NCBI GenBank assembly: GCA_052386995.1
Contig: JBQTJP010000321.1
Location: 1 to 22,551 of the forward strand
DNA: 22,551 nucleotides
DNA from: Armatimonadota bacterium
Lineage (GTDB): Bacteria; Sysuimicrobiota; Sysuimicrobiia; Sysuimicrobiales; Humicultoraceae
Reading direction: 5' to 3'
The notes beneath the pieces were generated by a model. It was not told the origin of the DNA, did not search any database, and was given only the letters and a program-made list of their open reading frames with translations. The translations under genes and the position numbers were made by a program. Shown here piece by piece: positions 1 to 6,808 of this stretch. Each line of letters starts with the position of its first letter. Within the stretch, counting starts at the first letter, position 1.

Positions 1-87
1 GACGAGGATACCGACCCGGCGCATCTGGCCGCCGGCGCGCAGATGCTCCTGGACGTGCTACTCAAATTAGACGCGCACTTCCCATAA
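1..87 (+). CDS. 3' end of a probable M20-family Zn-dependent amidohydrolase (allantoate / N-carbamoyl-amino-acid amidohydrolase-like), truncated by the window edge
   Basis: Frame 1 reads DEDTDPAHLAAGAQMLLDVLLKLDAHFP* (TAA 85-87), resembling the E-x-T-x5-aG-x-x-vL C-terminus of M20 hydrolases. Followed by GGAGGG RBS for the next gene. Only 28 residues visible. Confidence 0.55.
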   Translation, partial: DEDTDPAHLAAGAQMLLDVLLKLDAHFP

Positions 88-100
88 CGAGGAGGGTCTC

Positions 101-556
101 ATGATCACGGGCATCAAGCATCTCGCCATCGCTGTGCGAAACGTCGACGAGGCCCTGAAGCGCTATCAGGCGGTGATCGGCGTGGGCGATGTGCGCAGAC
201 ACAGCTTCGAGAAGGCGCGCACGCACGAAGCACACTTCACCGTGAGCGGCGTGGAGATCCAGCTTTGTCAGTCGTGGGATGCCGATGGCCGGTTCGCCCG
301 GTATATCGCCGACCACCGCGACGAAGGCGTGCACCACGTCTGCTACACGGTTGAGAACATCGAGCGGGCCCTGGCCGGCGCCACGGCGCAAGGCGCGAAG
401 TTGAAGCCGTGCGCGGCGTGCAAGGTCACAGGGCCCCACAAGCACTCCGAAGGCTGGGTCGCGTTTCTCGAGGACAAGCTTGCTGGGATGGAGACGGAGT
501 TCATGCAGGTGTATAAGCCCGGTGAAGGACCGGACGCGGGGCCGCGCACCGTATGA
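101..556 (+). CDS. VOC (glyoxalase) superfamily protein, methylmalonyl-CoA epimerase-like
   Basis: RBS GGAGGG 91-96. KHLAIAV, EIQL, EGVHHVCY and ETEFMQ supply the His/Gln/His/Glu metal-ligand set typical of methylmalonyl-CoA epimerase-type VOC proteins. Confidence 0.85.
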   Translation: MITGIKHLAIAVRNVDEALKRYQAVIGVGDVRRHSFEKARTHEAHFTVSGVEIQLCQSWDADGRFARYIADHRDEGVHHVCYTVENIERALAGATAQGAKLKPCAACKVTGPHKHSEGWVAFLEDKLAGMETEFMQVYKPGEGPDAGPRTV

Positions 557-1674
557 CGGCAGAGCCTCGGGGAGCGTCCACACGCGCTCAACAAGTGATT
601 GGACGCCTTGGTGCGATCGAAGCCCTGCAGCTGGAGTTGCCCGCGCCCACCGCGGCCGGGCGGGATCTGTCGGGCGACCATCCCGTCTTTGATCTGGCGC
701 CGGAAGCCCGGGCGAGCACCCGTGAGGCGTTAGACCGCGGTGAAACCCATTACGCCGACGTCCCCGGTGTTGCGGAGCTGCGCGAAGCAGTCTCTCGCGC
801 ATTGCGCGCATGGGGATTGAGTGTTGACGGCGCCGACGGGCTGATCATCACCGCGGGCGAGCAGGAAGGCCGATTCCTCGCAATCCAGATGCTCGCGCAC
901 CTTGGATACCGCGTGCTCCTCCCGCAAGTGGTGCACCCAGGTGCACGAAAAGCAGCGGCACTGGGACGGGTGGACGTTGCGCGCGTGTCGGTTGATCCCC
1001 TCACCCTGATGCCCGATCTCGCCAGCGTGCGGCGTGAGCTGGCCCGCGGCAAGGCGGCGCTGTACCTCGAGTCTCCGCATCGGCTGACCGGCAAGATGAT
1101 GGACGGGTCCCTCGTGCACGAGATCGCCGATGAGATCGCTCGTTCCGATGGGATCGTCATCTGGGACGCTGCGCTCGCACCCTGGATCGCCGGCGGCACA
1201 GACTACGTCATGATGGGCGCGCTGCCGGGGATGTTCGAACATACCGTGACCATCGGAAGCCTGTGGACCGGCACCGGCATCGAGGGATGGCTCGCCGCCT
1301 ATCTGGCCGGGCCTCAATCAATGCTCGGCCACGGACGGAGCCTCAAGCAGATTCTCGCCATCTGCACCACCACGCCCGCCCAGTGGGCTGCGCTGGGCGC
1401 GCTCAAGGCGAGCGAGACCGGACACCGCGAGCGCCGCGACCTTTTGCAGAAGCACAAGCGAGATGCCGCGGCGCATCTTCCGTCCGCCGTCGTGCCGGGA
1501 GAGGCGGCGTCCGTGCTCGCGGTCCGCCTGTCCAGGCCGGTCGCTTTATCAGAGCTGCCCTCGCGGCCGATGCGTGGGGATGCCTTCGGTGCGCCGGAGA
1601 TCGTGCGGTTCACCGTGACCCCGGCCGGCGAGGTTGTTGAAGCGATGCGCCGCCTCGCGGGAGCGGTATCGTGA
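553..1674 (+). CDS. Class I/II (fold type I) aminotransferase homolog lacking the catalytic lysine; probable non-catalytic subunit
   Basis: ATGA overlap with the upstream gene. THYADVPGVAELREAV, ITAGEQEG, AQWAAL and VRFT fit the fold, but SK-x5-GWR reads SLWTGTGIEGWL, NNPTG reads HRLTG and DxxY reads DAAL. Confidence 0.85.
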   Translation: MTAEPRGASTRAQQVIGRLGAIEALQLELPAPTAAGRDLSGDHPVFDLAPEARASTREALDRGETHYADVPGVAELREAVSRALRAWGLSVDGADGLIITAGEQEGRFLAIQMLAHLGYRVLLPQVVHPGARKAAALGRVDVARVSVDPLTLMPDLASVRRELARGKAALYLESPHRLTGKMMDGSLVHEIADEIARSDGIVIWDAALAPWIAGGTDYVMMGALPGMFEHTVTIGSLWTGTGIEGWLAAYLAGPQSMLGHGRSLKQILAICTTTPAQWAALGALKASETGHRERRDLLQKHKRDAAAHLPSAVVPGEAASVLAVRLSRPVALSELPSRPMRGDAFGAPEIVRFTVTPAGEVVEAMRRLAGAVS

Positions 1675-2855
1675 GCTTCCGTCCCGCGGGCAAACCGCGC
1701 GCAAACGTCGAGGCCCCGCTAGCGGGGACGTCGCTTCTCTATTCCTTGATGGCGGATCTGAAGCGCTATCCCGACGGCATCAGCCTGGGACGCGGCGACC
1801 CCGACTTCAGGACACCATCGCACATTCTCGAAGCTGTGCGCGGGTGGCTTGACGCGCCTGACGCCGATCAGCGCGCTCCGGCCCGGGTGCGGTCCGAGCT
1901 GCTGGCGGCCATCGCCGCGCGGCTTCGCGAGATCAACGGGATCGACGTGGATCCGTCAACGGAGATCGTTCTCACGCAGGGCGGGCAAGAGGCAATATTC
2001 CTGATGGTTCAGACGGTGCTCGGACCGGGCGACGAGATCATTGTGCCCGAGCCCAATTACAGCTCGTATGCCGATGCCATCGCTTTTGCGGGCGCCGTGC
2101 AGGTACCCGTGAAGACCAGGATCGACGAGAATTTTGTGCTCGATCCGGACCGCGTGCGCGCGGTCATCACACCGCGCACCCGAGCGCTCGTCATGGTCTC
2201 GCCCAACAATCCGACCGCGGCCGTACTGTCGCCCGACCGCGTGAAAGCGCTCGCGAGCATCGCCGAAGAGCACGACCTGATCATCCTCGCGGATGACATC
2301 TACGACCGCTTTCTCTACGACGGTCACGTGCACACATCCCCTGCCTCACTTCCCGGCATGAAGGCCCGCACGCTGACCCTCAACGCGCTCTCGAAGATGT
2401 ACGCAATGACGGGGTGGCGGATTGGCTGGGTGGCCGGGCCGGCGCCGCTAATCGAGCAGGTCGCTCGCATCAAGGAAGCCGCAAGCGGTGACCTGTCGCT
2501 GCTGTCGCAGCGTGCGGGGATCGCCGCGCTGACCGGACCGCAGGATGGGCTCTTTGAGATGCAGGCCGCCTACGGCCGCCGGCGGCGCATCGTCATGGAG
2601 GCGCTCAACGGCATGAGACTCCGGTACGGCATCCCCCAGGGCGGACAGTTCATCCTCGTGGACATCAGTCCCACCGGATTGAGCTCGCTCGACCTGGCGC
2701 GCCGCATCCTCGAGCAGGGACACGTCCTGGTGTCTCCCGGTATTTCCTACGGGGATTCGTGGGCAGGCTTCATCCGCATGACGTTCCTGCAGCCCGAGCC
2801 CGTGCTCGGCGAGGCCATGCGCCGCATCGCCGACGTGGTCGCGCGGCTCGGCTGA
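1671..2855 (+). CDS. PLP-dependent aminotransferase class I/II (aspartate aminotransferase-like)
   Basis: GTGA overlap. Motifs SLGRGDPDF, TQGGQEA, SPNNPT, DDIY, SKMYAMTGWRIG (Lys codon 2394-2396), FIRMT. Confidence 0.92.
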   Translation: MSFRPAGKPRANVEAPLAGTSLLYSLMADLKRYPDGISLGRGDPDFRTPSHILEAVRGWLDAPDADQRAPARVRSELLAAIAARLREINGIDVDPSTEIVLTQGGQEAIFLMVQTVLGPGDEIIVPEPNYSSYADAIAFAGAVQVPVKTRIDENFVLDPDRVRAVITPRTRALVMVSPNNPTAAVLSPDRVKALASIAEEHDLIILADDIYDRFLYDGHVHTSPASLPGMKARTLTLNALSKMYAMTGWRIGWVAGPAPLIEQVARIKEAASGDLSLLSQRAGIAALTGPQDGLFEMQAAYGRRRRIVMEALNGMRLRYGIPQGGQFILVDISPTGLSSLDLARRILEQGHVLVSPGISYGDSWAGFIRMTFLQPEPVLGEAMRRIADVVARLG

Positions 2856-3859
2856 TGCCTGACTCGCCCGTGCTGATCCTTGATCCAGAACTGGCGGAGG
2901 GGGCACAGGCGGCCGGACGCAACTTTCCCGAGCTCGAAGTGATCCCTCCACAAGATCAAGCGGGGCTGCCGGCCGCGGCGGCGCGGGCAGCGGCCGTCGT
3001 GACCCAGAGCGCCCGGGTCGATGCACAGCTGCTGGCGCAGGCACGCGCGCTGCGACTCCTCATCAAGATGGGCCGGGTCTACGACAACGTAGATCTGGAC
3101 AGCGTGCGGGCACGCGGGGTGCCCTTCGGCCTGGTCCCACGAAAGGGTCCGGGGTGCGTGGCGGAGCTCGCGCTGACCCTGATCCTAGCGCTCAGCAAGG
3201 ACCTGATCGCCGCCCACCGCGACGTGGCCCAGGGTGCGTACAGCCGCCTCGGGGTGCAGCCGGTCAAGACCAGCCAGCGCGTCATCGCGTTCAGGTGGAT
3301 GCGGCCCGCGCGCCTCCATGAACTGCGCGGGAAGACGCTGGGCTGTGTGGGCTTTGGTGAGATTGGGTGCGAGCTGAGTCTGCGCGCGCAACCACTGGGC
3401 ATGCGGGTGATCTACACGCGGCGCCGGCCCCTCCCCGCACGTTTAGACGAGTCCTACGCTGTGGCGCACCGCCCTCTGGAGACTTTGATGGAGGAGAGCG
3501 ATTTCGTCTGCATCGCCGTCCCGCACACCGACGAGACGCACCACCTGATCGGCGCAGAGCAGCTGCGCCGGCTCGGTCCCACCGGGTATCTCGTCAACGT
3601 GGCCCGCGGCGGTGTGGTTGATGAGGAGGCGCTCATCGACGCGCTGCGCAGCGGCACCATCGCCGGGGCCGGGCTGGACGTGTTCACGTACGAGCCGCTG
3701 CCCGCGGACAGCCCCCTGTGCACGCTGGAGAATGTGATCCTGACGCCGCACATCGGCGGCGGCACCGGCACCTCCCGCGAGGGCGAGCTGGCCGAAGCCC
3801 TGCGTGAGGTCACGCGCGTCCTCGACGGAGCTGCGATGCGGCACCCTGTCGCGACGTGA
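2855..3859 (+). CDS. D-isomer-specific 2-hydroxyacid dehydrogenase (glyoxylate/hydroxypyruvate reductase-like)
   Basis: TGATG coupling at 2853-2857. GFGEIG Rossmann motif; NVARG, DVFTYEP and TPHIGG give the catalytic Arg/Glu/His. YTRRR after beta-2 hints at NADP(H) use. Confidence 0.92.
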   Translation: MPDSPVLILDPELAEGAQAAGRNFPELEVIPPQDQAGLPAAAARAAAVVTQSARVDAQLLAQARALRLLIKMGRVYDNVDLDSVRARGVPFGLVPRKGPGCVAELALTLILALSKDLIAAHRDVAQGAYSRLGVQPVKTSQRVIAFRWMRPARLHELRGKTLGCVGFGEIGCELSLRAQPLGMRVIYTRRRPLPARLDESYAVAHRPLETLMEESDFVCIAVPHTDETHHLIGAEQLRRLGPTGYLVNVARGGVVDEEALIDALRSGTIAGAGLDVFTYEPLPADSPLCTLENVILTPHIGGGTGTSREGELAEALREVTRVLDGAAMRHPVAT

Positions 3860-3902
3860 CAACGAGACCGAGGCCGTCTACGCCCTCTACAAGGAGGCAG
3901 GC

Positions 3903-4979
3903 ATGAAAGAGATTCACGCGCCGCTAAAAGAGTCGTTGGTGCGGCGCTACCCCGAGCCCGTGATCAGGAAGTTCGCGCGCGACCTCATCCTCGGCCTGGG
4001 CGGCAGTGAGGCAGAGGCCGACGTGATCAGCGACGGCATCACCACGGCGAGCCTGTGGTGGCACCCCGGGCAGGGCCAGGGGCTGGAAAAGTTCTTCCGC
4101 TATCATCGCCGCGTGCGCAATGGCGGATACGTGCCGCGCACGCAGCTCACCTGGGTGAGGGAAGGGCCGGCATACGCGCTGTTAGAGGCCAACAAAGCCT
4201 TTGGCTACCACGCCGGCAACACGGCGATGCGCAAGGCCATCGATCTCGCGCGCCGCTCGGGCATCGGCATGGTCGGGGTGCGCAACAGCAATCACTTCGG
4301 GATTGCCGGCTACCACGCGAAAACGGCCGCGGACGCCGGCTTCATCGGCGTGGCGATGACCAATGCCAGGGCGGAGATGGCCCCGTGGGGCGGCACGACG
4401 GCGGTGCTGGGGACCAATCCGTGGGGCTGGGCCGTGCCACGGCGCAACGCCTATCCCATCATCCTCGACATGGCGCTCACGATGTCGGGGATCGGCATGA
4501 TCGCCTGGGCGCACCGCGAGGGCCGCACGGTGCCCGACGACCTGGCGCTCACCAAAGACGGCCGGCGCACGACCGACCCCGCCCAGCTGCTGGACGGCAG
4601 CACGCAGATGCCGATCGGCCGTGCCAAAGGCTACGGGCTGAGCTTCATGACCGATGTCCTGACAGGCGTGCTGATGGGCGCGAAGTTCGGGATGTCGGTC
4701 TTTCAGGACGACACGCACTTCGACGTGTCGCATGTCATGACCGCGGTCAACATCGAGGCGTTCTCGCCGCGCGAGCGCTTTTTCGACCGCCTCGAGCAGC
4801 TCGTCAGCGAGGTGAAGTCGTCACCGCGTATCGCACCGGACGAAGAGATCCTCCTGCCCGGCGAGGCCGAGCAGCGAAGAATGCAGGAACGGCTCGCCCA
4901 CGGCATTCCCGTCGACGTCGAGACTGTGGAAAAACTGCGGCCAATCGCCGCAGACGTCGGGGTACGCTTTGCCCTGTAA
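3903..4979 (+). CDS. Ldh_2 family (type 2 malate/L-lactate, ureidoglycolate or sulfolactate dehydrogenase-like) oxidoreductase
   Basis: RBS AAGGAGG 3891-3897, ATG 3903. Motifs SNHFGIAG, GTNP, LDMA, KGYGL, LLPGE. Confidence 0.88.
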   Translation: MKEIHAPLKESLVRRYPEPVIRKFARDLILGLGGSEAEADVISDGITTASLWWHPGQGQGLEKFFRYHRRVRNGGYVPRTQLTWVREGPAYALLEANKAFGYHAGNTAMRKAIDLARRSGIGMVGVRNSNHFGIAGYHAKTAADAGFIGVAMTNARAEMAPWGGTTAVLGTNPWGWAVPRRNAYPIILDMALTMSGIGMIAWAHREGRTVPDDLALTKDGRRTTDPAQLLDGSTQMPIGRAKGYGLSFMTDVLTGVLMGAKFGMSVFQDDTHFDVSHVMTAVNIEAFSPRERFFDRLEQLVSEVKSSPRIAPDEEILLPGEAEQRRMQERLAHGIPVDVETVEKLRPIAADVGVRFAL

Positions 4980-5020
4980 CCGTACGATGCGCAGCGCCCA
5001 CATTCACAGGAGGCCTATGG

Positions 5021-6181
5021 ATGCAGACACCGACCGCTGAACACCGGGCCGACGTGCAGCGCCGGCTCGGGCAACTCAAGAAGATCATGGCCGCGCGCGA
5101 TCTTCGAGCCGTGCTCGGCATCGCCGGAGGCGCCCCGGGGCAGAATGGGTTTCTGCGGTACTTCACCAACGTCGAGCTCTGGGCTGGCCGCGCGTTCTTC
5201 ATCATCACGCCGGATGAGCCTGATCCCCTCGTCGTCATGTGGTCGAACTACGGAGCCGAGTGGGCGAAGCTCATCGGGACAACCTCGCGCGTCGTCAGCA
5301 CGATTCTAGACAACCAGCAGCCGATCGTCCGTGTCGTCAAAGAGTTGAAGGCCGCGGCCGGGAATGGCTCGGCCCAGAAGATCGGCACGCTGAACATGCA
5401 GTCGGTGCTCTCGCTCAACGAGCATGCCGCGCTCAGCCAGGATTTGCCCGGTGTTGTCTTCGAGCCGGTTGACACGGCGGCGAATGCGGTACGGCAGATC
5501 AAATCGCCGTTCGAGATCAAGGCCATGGAAGAGACCGGACGGATCCTGGCCGGGGCGCTCGAGCGATTCGGTGAGGTTGCGCGCCCGGGTGTGCCCGCGT
5601 GGGCGGCGGCCTCCGAGTCTGAACGCTATGCCAAGGAGCGCGGCTGCTTTTGGGGGCGCTCGAAGTACTCGCTCGATCAACGCCCGTACACGATCCCCAC
5701 GCTGCTCGACCGGCCGCTGCGGCGTGACGACGTAATCCTGTTCGAGCTCGTCTACACCGGCCCACTCGGCTACTGGCACGAGATCACATGCCTGTACTCC
5801 TTTGGACCTCTCCCCGACGCGCCTGCGAAACGCTTCGACACGTGGTGGAAAGCCGTGCAGGCGGCGGCTGCGGTTGCGAAACCCGGCAACCGCTTCGGCA
5901 TGATCGGGGAGGTGGCAGACAAGGTCTTCACCGATGCCGGCTATAAAATCATCGGTCATCACACCCCCAACTGCCACACGATCGGAACCGACGAAGCGGA
6001 CGGGATCACGCCTCCGCCGCCCGACGAGCTTCTCAAAGAGAACATGGTGCTGTCATTTCACCCGTCCACCTGGCTGGAGGGCGATCTGGCATTTCTCATC
6101 TCGGACAACTACCAGGTCACGCCGAAGGGCGGCCGGGTGCTCTCCCCACTCGGCCGGCCGTACCGGCAATTGAAAGCGTAG
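5021..6181 (+). CDS. M24 (Xaa-Pro aminopeptidase / creatinase fold) hydrolase with atypical metal ligands
   Basis: RBS AGGAGG 5008-5013, ATG 5021. Creatinase-N-like RRLGQLKKIM and LRYFTN; RQIKSPFEI linker; pita-bread motifs GYWHEIT, HTIG, LKENMVLSFHP, ISDNYQVT. Confidence 0.85.
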   Translation: MQTPTAEHRADVQRRLGQLKKIMAARDLRAVLGIAGGAPGQNGFLRYFTNVELWAGRAFFIITPDEPDPLVVMWSNYGAEWAKLIGTTSRVVSTILDNQQPIVRVVKELKAAAGNGSAQKIGTLNMQSVLSLNEHAALSQDLPGVVFEPVDTAANAVRQIKSPFEIKAMEETGRILAGALERFGEVARPGVPAWAAASESERYAKERGCFWGRSKYSLDQRPYTIPTLLDRPLRRDDVILFELVYTGPLGYWHEITCLYSFGPLPDAPAKRFDTWWKAVQAAAAVAKPGNRFGMIGEVADKVFTDAGYKIIGHHTPNCHTIGTDEADGITPPPPDELLKENMVLSFHPSTWLEGDLAFLISDNYQVTPKGGRVLSPLGRPYRQLKA

Positions 6182-6210
6182 CGGGCGCGAATGCCCGCAG
6201 GAGGTTGTCC

Positions 6211-6696
6211 ATGGCGGCGCCTACCTCGCCGTTTCAGATCATTCAGCCCAAGGGCATGTACACGACATCGAACTACGTGCATGGGCTTCGTGCCGGTAAC
6301 ACGCTCTACGTCGCCGGGCAGGTGGCGCGGGACGAGCACGGCAACCTGGTCGGTGAAGGCGATGTGACCGCACAGGCGCGCCAGGTCTACAAGAACATCG
6401 GGACGATCCTGGCGGCAGCGGGCGCGGACTGGCGACACATCGTGAAGGTCACCACGTATCTCCTCGACCGCGCCGACTCGCCCGCGGTCACGGCCGTCCG
6501 GCACGAGCACTTCGGCGATCATCGCCCGCCTCACACCGGCCTCATCGTCGCCGGACTCGGAAGCCCGGGTGTCCGGCTCGAGGTCGACGTGATCGCGGTG
6601 CTGCCGGGCGGCCCGGCTCCACGCACGCGCGCGAAGGTTATGCGGGGTAGCCGGGGCCGCCGCGTGACGTCGCGCCGGAGCGGACGGAGACGATAA
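6211..6696 (+). CDS. Rid (RidA/YjgF/YER057c/UK114) family protein with an Arg-rich C-terminal tail
   Basis: RBS GGAGG 6200-6204, ATG 6211. Motifs LYVAGQVA, AQARQVYKNI, IVKVTTYL, RLEVDVIA. Confidence 0.9.
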   Translation: MAAPTSPFQIIQPKGMYTTSNYVHGLRAGNTLYVAGQVARDEHGNLVGEGDVTAQARQVYKNIGTILAAAGADWRHIVKVTTYLLDRADSPAVTAVRHEHFGDHRPPHTGLIVAGLGSPGVRLEVDVIAVLPGGPAPRTRAKVMRGSRGRRVTSRRSGRRR

Positions 6697-6808
6697 CTGG
6701 TTAGAGGAAGTGGGCAGGCGACCGGTTAAGTGTTACGAGACCAGGATTGCACGCAGAACTGAAGCTCGTGCGAGTGAAGATTCGACTCCTGAGGGGGAGT
6801 GCGGGACT

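Noticed and set aside
101..556. Assigning the gene symbol mce (methylmalonyl-CoA epimerase)
   Set aside because: The ligands fit, but there is no mutase or carboxylase in the window and the Cys/His segment is atypical, so the substrate is uncertain.
553..1674. Calling the Lys-less aminotransferase a pseudogene
   Set aside because: The frame is intact and near full length, coupled by overlaps at both ends, and it selectively retains the trans-acting Tyr motif.
4055..5020. 708-aa ORF suggesting a long N-terminal extension or fusion on the M24 protein
   Set aside because: The extension overlaps the Ldh_2 gene out of frame and is Arg/Gly/Ala-rich without motifs; a strong RBS precedes ATG 5021.
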